A stretch of 64,000 nt of DNA from Ranitomeya imitator (GCF_032444005.1 NC_091283.1:146630001-146694000), one strand, 5' to 3'; numbered from the stretch's first letter, positions 33,353 to 46,682 are shown. The notes: generated from the letters alone by a model not told the origin. Made by a program: numbers and translations.

Positions 33353-35416
33353 CGTGCCGAGGTGAGGGGCAACTGTGCTTTATATATGAGAGGTAAATGT
33401 CCAGAAACCGCCGGCAGCTGGCGGCGCATCGCGTGTGGCTCCGCCCCCAAGATGACGCGCTTCCCTTCGCCGCTCAGTGACAAGCAAGCATAAGCTATGC
33501 GTGTCAGTGTGAGCGTTTCAGGGAGCGACGGCGAGCTGGAGCCACTGCGCATGCGCACCTGCCTGGCGTGGAGAAAGGAAAAATATCACAGCCAAGCGGC
33601 AAAAAGAAGAGGAAATCAGAAATAGTGAGTGCAACCATACCCAAATTCACCAGGAGGTGACTGAATGAATCGAAATCTCAGAGAAGGCTGGGTATATAAA
33701 CAATTTTACCCATATGGTGCTCGTGACAGTGCAATAAATGGTTTTAGAAATAAATCGATTTGCAATGTTTATTGTAATGATTCTACAGGGAGTGCAAAAG
33801 AATAAATCCAAAGAATGAATGTGAACAAAGAACAGAGGGGGGGGGGTTTCCCTAATAATAAACCCCATGTAGGGCGATAAGGTCACTATTAATTACCTAA
33901 AATGTCAGTGCAGTAAAAAACTTTTAATGGTGACTTAGGTGCAAATAAAAAAGAAAGGAAAGTCAATCTAAAAGGTCTGCCACACACTATAAAAGGGGAG
34001 TGGCATCTAATGCCAACCCTATATCTCAATATATATATGTATATCCCTATCCAATAGCCTATATAGACCCTAAGAGCGTCCCCACTATGGAGATACCCAA
34101 TATAAAGTACCCTGTGCATATAAAGATGAAAAAAGAGAAGATAATAATGAAAATAAAAATGCAGAATATCCCCACGGTATATAAATACTCCTATACAATA
34201 ACGTGCTAATAGTTCTATATAATAATGCTCATATTACTATGATGATATTAAAAACCTACTCACATAATATATATAGGTAACCTAACAACAAAAACTATAT
34301 AAGAATAGAAGTGTATCTAGGTGCCAATAATGATTACCTAAAAAGACCCCCCAAGGATAAAGAAGCATGTACAATACTAAAAGAACCCCCTTAAGAGGTG
34401 CAAGGCCTAAAAAGTACATAAAAAATATAATATTACATAATGTTATATTGATAATAGTAGACAATTCTTCCTTCTTGATTCTTCATACATCCTCTTCATA
34501 TTTCTGCCGGATATTCTGAGCCATGTACTCCATAGAAAGGAACAGGTATCCTGGATAGATCAAACAGTTAAAGCCTATCATATACTAAAAAAAGGATAAA
34601 AAATGACAATTAAAAGATAAAATCACAGAAAATAAAGTGTACATTCCATGAGCAATACAACAGTTACAATGCAATATACCCCTGAACCCCTAAAAAGATA
34701 CCAGTTACAAAAAAGCAGAGAATCCCATATTCTCATTCAGACCTACAGGGCTCAGGGCGCCTAAACGAAAAATCCAACGGCATTCCAATTGTGCCAACAT
34801 TTTGCTTGTATCTCCTCCTCTGACTCCCAAATCTAATTGGTCAATGGCTTTGAATCTTAGGCCTCGAGATTTGCAGTTGTGGTGTCTCTTGAAATGTCGT
34901 GATAACGTCTTTAACAATGTGTCATTCCCAACATTGGCCGCCTTCTCAATATCCAAAATAGGCTCTCTCACCCTCAATTTGAATTCTCTGGTAGTCAGAC
35001 CAATATATATTTTCCCGCAGTAGCATGTTGCTTGGTAAATGATTTGTTTAGATGAACAGGTAAGATGTTTGCAAATGTCGTATCTTCGTGTACCGTCCGC
35101 ATTAAAAAAGTATTTAGACCTATCCAAATTTAAACAGGCTTTACACAGCCCACATGGGAAAAAGCCAGGGGATAGTTTACTACCCGAAGAGGGACTTTTC
35201 GGATTGAAGTGGCTATGTACCAACAAATCTTTGACATTAGCTGAACGTCGGGCCACACACTGTGGGGCCTGGGGTAAACACTGTTTGAGGACGGGGTCTG
35301 TTAGCAAAACCTTTCCAATGTCTGTTAATAAGATCCCTCAAGTTATTCCATTGTCCATTGTAAGTGGAAATGAAGCGGACCTGCTTATCATCCTTCTTTT
35401 CCTTAATCTCGTTGTT

Positions 35417-36235
35417 TGTTGTGAATTCTGTGGTCAAGCTCCCTCCTGTGGTCATGAGTGGTACTTCGGCTGGTTCTGTCTATGAGCTTCCTCTGATGGA
35501 TGTGAGTGGGGCTGCGGCTTCTGAGTTTCCTTCCTCAGGTGACGAGGTTAAGTCGTTAGGTGCTGCTCTATTTAACTCCACCTAGTTCTTTGTTCCTGGC
35601 CTCCAGTCAATGTTCCAGTATTGGTCTTGCTCTCTCCTGGATCGTTCTTGTGGCCTGTCTGCCCTGCATAAGCTAAGTTCTGCTTGTGTTACTTTTGTTT
35701 GCTATTTTTTCTGTCCAGCTTGCTATATTGGTTTTTCTTGCTTGCTGGAAGCTCTGGGACGCAGAGGGAGCACCTCCGTGCCGTTAGTCGGTACGGAGGG
35801 TCTTTTTGCGCCCTCTGCGTGGTTGTTTGTAGGTTTTTGTGCTGACCGCAAAGCTATCTTTCCTATCCTCGGTCTATTCAGTAAGTCGGGCCTCACTTTG
35901 CTAAAATCTATTTCATCTCTGTGTTTGTATTTTCATCTTAACTCACAGTCATTATATGTGGGGGGCTGCCTTTTCCTTTGGGGAATTTCTCTGAGGCAAG
36001 GTAGGCTTATTTTTTTGTCTTCAGGGCTAGCTAGTTTCTCAGGCTGTGCCGAGTTGCATAGGGAGCGTTAGGAGCAATCCACGGCTACCTCTGGTGTGGT
36101 ATGATAGGATTAGGAATTGCGGTCAGCAGAGTTCCCACGTCTCAGAGCTTGTCCTATGTTATTTGTAACTATCAGGTCACTTGTGTGCTCTTAACCACCG
36201 GGTCCATTGTGTTTCTGAATCACCAGTTCATAACA
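35417..36235 (+). repeat. Gypsy 5' LTR
   Basis: TGTTGTGAA...TTCATAACA; direct repeat of 45864-46682. Confidence 0.95.
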
Positions 36236-39147
36236 GTACTGGAGGCCCAAAGTACTAATGCTTCTCAATAGAGGGAAAAGAGAAGTTCTGAGACCATTTT
36301 TTTTTTCTTTGCACTGTGTTTTGTCTTTCTTTTCCCCTAGACATTTGGGCGGTTCAGGACACAGGTGTAGTGATGGACATTAAAGGTCTGTCTTCTTGTG
36401 TGGATAATCTCACTGCAAAAGTACAAAAAATTCAAGACATTATGGTTCAGAAATCTATGTTAGAACCTAGAATTCCTATTCCTGAGTTATTTTCTGGAGA
36501 TAGAGCTAAGTTTCTGAATTTCAAAAATAATTGCAAACTGTTTCTGGCTTTGAAACCCTGTTCCTCTGGTGACCCAGTACAACAAGTTAAGATCATTATT
36601 TCTTTATTACGTGGCGACCCTCAAGACTGGGCATTTTCCCTTGCGCCAGGAGATCCTGCATTATGTAATATTGATGCATTTTTTCTGGTGCTCGGATTGC
36701 TGTATGATGAACCTAATTCAGTGGATCAGGCAGAGAAAAATTTGCTGGCTCTGTGTCAGGGTCAGGATGAGGTAGAGATATATTGTCAGAAGTTTAGGAA
36801 GTGGTCTGTGCTCACTCAATGGAATGAATGTGCGCTGGCAGCAATTTTCAGAAAAGGTCTCTCTGAAGCCCTTAAGGATGTCATGGTGGGATTTCCTATG
36901 CCTGCTGGTCTGAATGAGTCTATGTCTTTGGCCATTCAGATCGGTCGACGCTTGCGTGAGCGTAAGACTGTGCACCATTTGGCGGTATTATCTGAGCATG
37001 GACCTGAGCCTATGCAGTGCGATAGAACTTTGACCAGAGCTGAACGGCAAGAACACAGACGTCAGAATGGGTTGTGTTTTTACTGTGGTGATTCCACTCA
37101 TGCTATCTCCGATTGTCCTAAGCGCACTAAGCGGTTCGCTAGGTCTGCCACCATTGGTACGGTACAGTCGAAATTTCTTTTGTCCGTTACTTTGATCTGC
37201 TCTTTGTCATCCTATTCTGTCATGGCATTTGTGGATTCAGGCGCTGCCCTGAATTTGATGGACTTGGAGTATGCTAGGCGCTGTGGGTTTTTCTTGGAGC
37301 CCTTGCAGTATCCTATTCCATTGAGAGGAATTGATGCTACGCCTTTGGCCAAGAATAAGCCTCAGTACTGGACCCAGCTGACCATGTGCATGGCTCCTGC
37401 GCATCAGGAGGATATTCGCTTTTTGGTGTTGCATAATCTGCATGATGTGGTCGTGTTGGGGTTGCCATGGCTACAAGTCCATAACCCAGTATTGGATTGG
37501 AAATCAATGTCTGTGTCCAGCTGGGGTTGTCAGGGGGTACATGGTGATGTTCCATTTCTGTCTATTTCATCATCCACCCCTTCTGAGGTCCCAGAGTTCT
37601 TGTCGGATTACCGGGATGTATTTGATGAGCCCAAGTCCAGTGCCCTACCTCCGCATAGGGATTTTGATTGTGCTATCGATTTGATTCCTGGTAGTAAGTT
37701 TCCTAAAGGTCGACTGTTTAATTTGTCTGTGCCTGAGCACGCCGCTATGCGGAGTTACGTAAAGGAATCCTTGGAGAAGGGTCATATTCGCCCGTCGTCG
37801 TCGCCATTGGGAGCAGGGTTCTTTTTTGTGGCCAAGAGGAATGGTTCGCTGAGACCTTGTATTGATTACCGCCTTCTAAATAAAATCATGGTCAAATTTC
37901 AGTACCCCTTGCCGCTGCTGTCTGATTTGTTTGCTCGGATTAAGGGGGCTAGTTGGTTCACCAAGATAGATCTTCGTGGTGCGTATAATCTTGTGCGTAT
38001 TAAACAGGGCGATGAATGGAAAACAGAATTTAATACGCCCGAGGGCCATTTTGAGTACCTGGTTATGCCATTCGGGCTTTCTAATGCTCCATCAGTGTTT
38101 CAGTCCTTTATGCATGACATCTTCCGAGAGTACCTGGATAAATTCCTGATTGTATACTTGGATGATATTTTGGTCTTCTCAGATGATTGGGAGTCTCACG
38201 TGAGGCAGGTCAGAATGGTGTTCCAGGTCCTGCGTGCGAATTCTTTGTTTGTGAAGGGGTCAAAGTGTCTCTTTGGTGTTAGAAGGTTTCATTTTTGGGT
38301 TTCATTTTTTCCCCTTCTACTATCGAGATGGACCCTGTTAAAGTTCCGGCCATTTATGATTGGCCTCAGCTGACATCTCTGAAGAGTCTGCAAAAGTTCC
38401 TGGGTTTTGCTAATTTTTATCGCCGCTTCATCAATAATTTTTCTAGTATTGCTAAACCGTTGACTGATTTAACCAAGAAGGGTGCTGATGTGGTCAATTG
38501 GTCTTCTGCTGCTGTGGAAGCTTTTCAAGAGTTGAAGCGTCGTTTTTCTTCTGCCCCTGTGTTGTGCCAACCAGATGTTTCGCTCCCGTTCCAGGTCGAG
38601 GTTGATGCTTCTGAGATTGGAGCAGGGGCTGTTTTGTCGCAAAGAAGTTCTGATGGCTCGGTGATGAAACCATGCGCCTTCTTTTCCAGAACAAAATTCA
38701 GTAGCATACATAGTCCGTCTTGGTTATATAAATCATATATTCATTATACCAGACATATCAACCAAGGCAGACCTAGGACCTCAAATGGACAACTGCATAT
38801 ACATATATATACTAACCAAACAGAGCACCAGAAACGCAAAGAATGTCCAGTTAATGCAAAAATAGAAAACAGCTTTATTGAATAAAAAACACACACAGGT
38901 ATAGAGCATGGCAGGCAAGCAAATCCCCTACACAAGCCCGCACACACATCTCATATAAAGGGACCGGGCTGCAGTGCAACAATATTTATTATGGACCACA
39001 TACATAGAAAGTCCATATATGCTATAGTAGCAACACTAATAGCAGGATGTTTTATCCACAATGCATGTGACCCCATACACAAGTGTCCAATATGAAGTAC
39101 ATACCAAAATGGTGAGTCACGGAATATGTGCACAGCAGTCCAGTCCT

Positions 39148-39187
39148 CCCCGACGCGCGTTTCGGCGGGTGGCCTTCCTCAGGGGGG
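39148..39187 (-). ncRNA. Minimal type I hammerhead ribozyme motif
   Basis: Minus strand CCCC CTGAGGA AGGCCACCCGCC GAAA CGCGC GTC GGGG. Confidence 0.75.
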
Positions 39188-40550
39188 TGGCCTTCCTCAG
39201 GGGGGGGTGCCAGAGACAAGGGGGGCACCGATTAAATAGCTTACAGACCGGAAGTCGCGGCGTTTTTCTTTAAGTTTTTCTTTAAGTTTTTCTTTAACTC
39301 CAGTGGTACAAGGAGGTTCTCTATTAGACAACGGATCACCTGTACCACTAGGTATGTTATTTATTTTGCTACATGCCCCTGTGGACTTATATACGTTGGC
39401 CTTACCACCCGCCAGTTGAAAGTCCGCGTAAGGGAGCACGTGTTGGGGATACAGGCGGCCGCCGACCACATGGATGCAACCACACTAAAAACACTGCCGA
39501 GACATTTTAAGGCATACCACAATTGCGATGCCACGATGTTGAAAGTGAGGGGAATTGATGCCCTCAGGATCAACATCAGAGGCGGCCGTCTTTCTAAGAG
39601 ACTTGGCATGCTAGAAACGCGCTGGATTTGGCGCTTAGGGACTGTTTAACCGAACGGACTTAATGAGGGATTGTCGTTCGCCCCATTCATATAGTCGCCT
39701 GGACTGCTGCGCATCGTTTCCCTTGTACTGCTCCGCATCCGCTATCTCTATTTGTTTTTAATTGCGTTTTATTGTTTTCTAATTTTAGCTTGTTTCCGGT
39801 TTGTGACCTGGGTATGGGACTTTCATCCCGGCTACCTACAAGAAGAACCTGAATCTACTCTGAATATAGTTGAATATTCTACGGACATCTATACCTTCCA
39901 CTGTACATCATCCTGAGATATTTATATCATGGACTATGCGATTCAGCGGCAACGCGTTATTTACTACTTATTACTATATAATTGGTGCTGATATTCTTAG
40001 GCATATGTATTGATGTTTACTGTATTCATGAGGCTTTATATTCTGATATGGGCAGGGATGAGGGCTGTGGTTGTTCTATTGTTTTCTACGGCCGATCTGT
40101 ACGTATATATTGGTGTCATCTTGATATGTGTTTGTTTTCCGGCCATATACTTGTAGGTCCCGCATCGTTGGTCGCTATAGTGATTTAAGTAGGCTATATG
40201 TATTGGTTTATTTTTGTTTTTTGTTTTATATATTTGTGTTTTATTAGCGGCGGCCAGAGGTATGCGTGCTTTTATTTGAGCCGTTTTGGCTCTATCTATA
40301 TGCCAGCACACTTGCCCCTTTGTAATATGGCTGCGGCTGTCGTTCGCGCATGCGCAGTCGCGCCGCGCCTCTCCCCGGCTCTCGCTATGCCTTGTGGGAT
40401 GGATCACATGGGGCCCGTGTGTTTCCGGTCCCGCAGGCCGTGCGGACCGGATGTGGATGTTGCGGTGCGGCTGTGCACATGAGCGCCGCTAACGCCACGA
40501 CTTCCGGTCTGTAAGCTATTTAATCGGTGCCCCCCTTGTCTCTGGCACCC

Positions 40551-40589
40551 CCCCCTGAGGAAGGCCACTCGCCGAAACGCGCGTCGGGG
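40551..40589 (+). ncRNA. Minimal type I hammerhead ribozyme motif
   Basis: CCCC CTGAGGA A GGC CACTC GCC GAAA CGCGC GTC GGGG. CUGANGA and GAAA core, GUC cleavage triplet (after C40585), palindromic ACGCGCGT helix III. Confidence 0.8.
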
Positions 40590-42215
40590 AGGACTGGACT
40601 GCTGTGCACATATTCCGTGACTCACCATTTTGGTATGTACTTCATATTGGACACTTGTGTATGGGGTCACATGCATTGTGGATAAAACATCCTGCTATTA
40701 GTGTTGCTACTATAGCATATATGGACTTTCTATGTATGTGGTCCATAATAAATATTGTTGCACTGCAGCCCGGTCCCTTTATATGAGATGTGTGTGCGGG
40801 CTTGTGTAGGGGATTTGCTTGCCTGCCATGCTGTATACCTGTGTGTGTTTTTTATTCAATAAAGCTGTTTTCTATTTTTGCATTAACTGGACATTCTTTG
40901 ACTGCGTTTCTGGTGCTCTGTTTGGTTAGTATGCCTTCTTTTCCAGGAAGTTTTCGCCTGCTGAGCGTAATTATGATGTTGGCAATCGAGAGTTGCTGGC
41001 CATGAAGTGGGCATTCGAGGAGTGGCGTCATTGGCTTGAAGGAGCTAAGCATCGCGTGGTGGTCTTGACTGATCACAAGAACTTGACTTATCTCGAGTCT
41101 GCCAAACGGTTGAATCCTAGACAGGCTCGTTGGTCGCTGTTTTTCTCCCGTTTTGACTTTGTGGTTTCGTACCTTCCGGGCTCTAAAAATGTGAAGGCGG
41201 ATGCCCTGTCTAGGAGTTTTGTGCCCGACTCTCCGGGTTTGTCTGAGCCGGCGGGTATTCTCAAAGAGGGGGTAATTTTGTCTGCCATCTCCCCTGATTT
41301 GCGGCGGGTGCTGCAAAAATTTCAGGCTGATAGACCTGACCGTTGCCCAGCGGAGAAACTGTTTGTCCCTGATAGATGGACTAGTAGAGTTATCTCTGAG
41401 GTTCATTGTTCGGTATTGGCTGGTCATCCTGGAATCTTTGGTACCAGAGATTTGGTGGCTAGATCCTTTTGGTGGCCGTCTCTGTCGCGGGATGTGCGTT
41501 CGTTTGTGCAGTCCTGTGGGATTTGTGCTCGGGCTAAGCCCTGCTGTTCTCGTGCCAGTGGGTTGCTTTTGCCCTTGCCAGTCCCGAAGAGGCCCTGGAC
41601 ACATATCTCTATGGAGTTTATTTCGGATCTCCCCGTCTCTCAAAAAATGTCGGTCATTTGGGTTGTTTGTGATCGCTTCTCTAAGATGGTCCATTTAGTA
41701 CCCTTGTCTAAATTACCTTCCTCCTCTGATTTGGTGCCATTGTTCTTCCAGCATGTGGCTCGTTTACATGGCATTCCGGAGAACATCGTTTCTGACAGAG
41801 GTTCCCAGTTTGTTTCGAGGTTTTGGCAAGCCTTTTGTGCTAGGATGGGCATTGATTTGTCTTTTTCCTCGGCTTTCCATCCTCAGACAAATGGCCAGAC
41901 TGAACGAACCAATCAGACCTTGGAAACATATCTGAGATGTTTTGTTTCTGCTGATCAGGATGATTGGGTGTCCTTTTTGCCTTTGGCTGAGTTCGCCCTT
42001 AATAATCGGGCCAGCTCGGCTACTTTGGTTTCGCCGTTTTTCTGCAATTCTGGTTTCCATCCTCGTTTCTCTTCAGGGCAGGTTGAGTCTTCTGACTGTC
42101 CTGGTGTGGATACTGTGGTGGACAGGTTGCAGCAGATTTAGACTCATGTGGTGGACAATTTGACATTGTCTCAGGAGAAGGCTCAACGTTTCACTAACCG
42201 CAGGCGCTGTGTGGG

Positions 42216-43018
42216 TGTTATGATTAGGCAATTCAGTACCACAGTGGACATAGAGGTCAGAGCACATACAGTGATCTGACAATAACCCAAAAACATAGAA
42301 CGAGCTCTGAGACGTGGGAACTCTGTTGACCGCAATCCCTGATCCTCTCCAACAAACACTAGAGGCAGCCGTGGATTGCGCCTAACGCTCCCTATGCAAC
42401 TCGGCACAGCCTGAGAAACTAGCTAGCCTGAAGATAGAAAATAAGCCTACCTTGCCTCAGAGAAATACCCCAAAGGAAAAGGCAGCCCCCCACATATAAT
42501 GACTGTGAGTTAAGATGAAAAGACAAACGTAGAGATGAAATAGATTTAGCAAAGTGAGGCCCGACTTTCTGAACAGAGCGAGGATAGGAAAGGTAACTTT
42601 GCGGTCAACACAAAACCCTAAAAACCATGCAAAGGGGGCAAAAAGACCCTCTGTACCAAACTAACGGCACGGAGGTACACCCTCTGCGTCCCAGAGCTTC
42701 CAGCAAACAAATAGATAAGCTGGACAGAAAAAAAAACAAACAAAATAGCAAAGGAAAACTTAGCTATGCAGAGCAGCAGGCCACAGGAACGATCCAGGAG
42801 GAAAACAAGTCCAATACTGGAACATTGACAGGAAGCCAGGATCAAAGCACTAGGTGGAGTTAAGTAGAGCAGCACCTAACGACCTCACCACATCACCTGA
42901 GGGAGGAAACTCAGAAGCCGCAGTACCACTTCCCTCCACCAACGGAAGCTCACAGAGAGAATCAGCAGAAGTACCACTTATGACCACAGGAGGGAGCTCT
43001 GCCACAGAATTCACAACA
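42216..43018 (-). mobile_element. Solo LTR of a related Gypsy subfamily, antisense
   Basis: TGTTATGA...TTCACAACA, diverged reverse complement of the host LTR; 5-bp TSD GTGGG (42211-42215, 43019-43023). Confidence 0.92.
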
Positions 43019-43342
43019 GTGGGTCCCCGACTTCGTGCTGGGGATTTGGTTTGGTTGTCATCTCGTTATATTCCTATGAAAGTTTCCTCTCCTAAGTTTA
43101 AGCCTCGTTTCATTGGTCCGTATAGGATTTCTGAGGTTCTTAATCCTGTGTCTTTTCGTTTGACCCTTCCAGCTTCTTTTTCCATCCATAACGTATTCCA
43201 TAGGTCATTATTGCGGAGATACGTGGCACCTGTGGTTCCATCCGTTGATCCTCCTGCCCCGGTTTTGGTTGAGGGGGAGTTGGAGTATATAGTGGAGAAG
43301 ATTTTGGATTCTCGTATTTCGAGACGGAAACTTCAGTACCTG

Positions 43343-45815
43343 GTTAAGTGGAGGGGTTATGGTCAGGAAGATAATTCCTGGGTCTTTGCCTCTGATGTAG
43401 GAAAATAATGAGGTGCTCACTATTTAGTTGGTGCTCAGGAGAAAAAAGTAGAACATCCAAAAAGGCCGACCAGGATGAGCCAAATGAAAGGCACGAACCA
43501 GATCGGCAGCATGAACATCAGAGGCAAAGATCCAAAAAGATAACTCCGGCACACAATAGAAATCAAATGCAATTTCATGAAAGTTTATTGAAAAATGTCC
43601 AAACTGGGATATACTACATACATAGGACTGACAGACAAAATAGCCACCAGTCAAACTAGAAAACCAACCTAAACGGAAAAAAAGAGGAAAATCAGAAAAA
43701 AAGAAAAAAAGAAAAAGGAAAGTGAAGGGAAAACAGAAAATACAACCAAGAAAAATGAGAAAAATGAGAAAAATGAGAATATAAATTCACACACTACCAT
43801 ATATGCAAACGCATATACTAGCACACATACACATTCACACACCAATCACAAAGCGCCCCGAAACATGCACACTAACATGTACACACATATATAAACTGTC
43901 ACCCCTATATATACATCCAGAACTACCATACATAAGCAGAAAAAGGGGGTATGAGGACACAGGTAAATAAGTAAATAAGTCTATGTAAGAAAGAAAAAGA
44001 TGAAAAGTAATGTGAAAACACTATAGCCAACAAGGGCCCAGGGAAAAACAACATGTGGCAAGAAACCATGAGAGGAGAGAAAGAAGAAAAAAACATATAT
44101 TCAAAAATAAGACAACAAAAATAACGATAATAATAATAATAATCCCAATCACTGAAATGAAAATAGAGGGAGATAACAAACCTCCACATATCAAGTGAAG
44201 TCCATAGGAGGAGGTACTTCCTCCTCTATGGACTTCACTTGATATGTGGAGGTTTGTTATCTCCCTCTATTTTCATTTAGGAGGAGGTACTTCCTCCTCT
44301 ATGGACTTCACTTGATATGTGGAGGTTTGTTATCTCCCTCTATTTTCATTTCAGTGATTGGGATTATCGTTATTTTTGTTGTCTTATTTTTGAATATATG
44401 TTTTTTTCTTCTTTCTCTCCTCTCACTTAGGTCTTCCCCCTCCCCCCTTTTCTTTCTGATCGCTTATATGTTATTTTACTTTTCTGCCATATACTCATTT
44501 TATTTCCTTTCTTACAGGCTGGCTCCGATCTGCGCTAACTGCGCATGCGCCAGGGACGCTCTGCACTCGGCTTTCTTCGGCTCCCTTCGGCGCTGTACTT
44601 TTGTCTAGCGCCTGCGCACTTTGTATTCTGACCTTCTGGGCACCCGGAAGTTCTTTTCTTCCCATCCACTCACTGCGGTCGGCGGGCACATATAAGCGCG
44701 GCACTGCGCTCTCTCCCCCACCGCACCACGGACCTCGCTTAGCCGGATCACCACCACTGGTAAGGTTTCTCTGTGTATGTTTCTTCACGCAGTCTTCTGG
44801 GTCCTCTGGTGTTATCTTGTATCTACGCCGTTGGTTTCTTGCCACATGTTGTTTTTCCCTGGGCCCTTGTTGGCTATAGTGTTTTCACATTACTTTTCAT
44901 CTTTTTCTTTCTTACATAGACTTATTTACTTATTTACCTGTGTCCTCATACCCCCTTTTTCTGCTTATGTATGGTAGTTCTGGATGTATATATAGGGGTG
45001 ACAGTTTATATATGTGTGTACATGTTAGTGTGCATGTTTCGGGGCGCTTTGTGATTGGTGTGTGAATGTGTATGTGTGCTAGTATATGCGTTTGCATATA
45101 TGGTAGTGTGTGAATTTATATTCTCATTTTTCTTGGTTGTATTTTCTGTTTTCCCTTCACTTTCCTTTTTTTTTTTTTTGATTTTCCTCTTTTTTTCCGT
45201 TTAGGTTGGTTTTCTAGTTTGACTGGTGGCTATTTTGTCTGTCAGTCCTATGTATGTAGTATATCCCAGTTCAAATGTATGGTCCTTTTTCTTCCAAATA
45301 GGGATTATTCTATATTATATATCCTATGTATTTGAGGCGTTGGCTTTTTTCCAAAAGTTTTGGTCATGTTTGGTCATATGTATTTAAGTGTTTTTATCTG
45401 TTTAATATCATTACAGATACATGTACAGGTTTACTTGAAAAAGGCTCATAAGCCGAAACGTCGAAAATTACCTATGGAGTGATGGATATTATTATTCTTT
45501 TTTTCTAATACGTGTGCGGTGAATTAATGTCATTTGAATACGTCATTTTCAACGTTTGGAAATTTTTCAATAAACTTTCATGAAATTGCATTTGATTTCT
45601 ATTGTGTGCCGGAGTTATCTTTTTGGATCTTTGCCTCTGATGTTCATGCTGCCGATCTGGTTCGTGCCTTTCATTTGGCTCATCCTGGTCGGCCTTTTTG
45701 GATGTTCTACTTTTTTCTCCTGAGCACCAACTAAATAGTGAGCACCTTATTTTTTTCCTACATCAGAGGCAAAGACCCAGGAATTATCTTCCTGACCATA
45801 ACCCCTCCACTTAAC
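43343..45815. repeat. Complex 2.5-kb fold-back insertion in the Gypsy chromodomain
   Basis: Arms about 43343-44067 and 44834-45815, inner arms around 44215, and a 73-bp tandem duplication at 44205-44350. Confidence 0.85.
45434..45464 (+). ncRNA. Hammerhead-like motif with a non-canonical core
   Basis: C TTGAAAA A GGC TCATAA GCC GAAA CGTCG; GGC/GCC helix II and GAAAC kept, CUGANGA replaced by UUGAAAA. Confidence 0.4.
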
Positions 45816-45863
45816 TGGGGGCTCTGGTGAGGGTTCGGTGACCCCTCCTCAAGGGGGGGGTAC

Positions 45864-46682
45864 TGTTGTGAATTCTGTGGTCAAGCTCCCTCCTGTGGTG
45901 ATGAGTGGTACTTCGGCTGGTTCTGTCTATGAGCTTCCTCTGGTGGATGTGAGTGGGGCTGCGGCTTCTGAGTTTCCTTCCTCAGGTGACGAGGTTAAGT
46001 CGTTAGGTGCTGCTCTATTTAACTCCACCTAGTTCTTTGTTCCTGGCCTCCAGTCAATGTTCCAGTATTGGTCTTGCTCTCTCCTGGATCGTTCTTGTGG
46101 CCTGTCTGCCCTGCATAAGCTAAGTTCTGCTTGTGTTACTTTTGTTTGCTATTTTTTCTGTCCAGCTTGCTATATTGGTTTTTCTTGCTTGCTGGAAGCT
46201 CTGGGACGCAGAGGGAGCACCTCCGTGCCGTTAGTCGGTACGGAGGGTCTTTTTGTGCCCTCTGCGTGGTTGTTTGTAGGTTTTTGTGCTGACCGCAAAG
46301 CTATCTTTCCTATCCTCGGTCTATTCAGTAAGTCGGGCCTCACTTTGCTAAAATCTGTTTCATCTTTGTGTTTGTATTTTCATCTTAACTCACAGTCATT
46401 ATATGTGGGGGGCTGCCTTTTCCTTTGGGGAATTTCTCTGAGGCAAGGTAGGCTTATTTTTCTGTCTTCAGGGCTAGCTAGTTTCTCAGGCTGTGCCGAG
46501 TTGCATAGGGAGCATTAGGAGCAATCCACGGCTACCTCTGGTGTGGTATGATAGGATTAGGAATTGCGGTCAGCAGAGTTCCCACGTCTCAGAGCTTGTC
46601 CTATGTTATTTGTAACTATCAGGTCACTTGTGTGCTCTTAACCACCAGGTCTATTGTGTTTCTGAATCACCAGTTCATAACA
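45864..46682 (+). repeat. Gypsy 3' LTR
   Basis: 819 bp; 9 substitutions versus the 5' LTR counted by eye. Confidence 0.95.

Larger units (their letters stand above)
38690..40932. mobile_element. Truncated Penelope-type insertion with inverted terminal arms, inside Gypsy RNase H
   Basis: 14-bp duplication GCCTTCTTTTCCAG (38676-38689, 40933-40946); arms 38811-39264 and 40491-40930; GIY-YIG C-terminal fragment ...LETRWIWRLGTV*PNGLNE at 39416-39690. Confidence 0.85.
36316..43400 (+). pseudogene. Gypsy gag-pol, interrupted
   Basis: CCHC knuckle CFYCGDSTHAISDC, protease FVDSGA, RT YLDD, RNase H VEVDAS, integrase HHCC and core SMEFI (catalytic D changed to E), chromodomain YIVEKILDSR..YLVKWRGY. 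Frameshift near 38280. Confidence 0.92.
35417..46682 (+). mobile_element. Chromodomain-containing Ty3/Gypsy LTR retrotransposon, 11.3 kb with nested insertions
   Basis: Two 819-bp LTRs, PPT AAGGGGGGGG before the 3' LTR, gag-PR-RT-RH-IN-chromo order, flanking GTTGTT duplication. Confidence 0.95.

Noticed and set aside
36316-38373. Possible domesticated gag/pol gene of the PEG10/RTL1 type
   Set aside because: Flanked by near-identical LTRs with PPT and TSD, and pol is frameshifted and interrupted; this is an ordinary retrotransposon copy.
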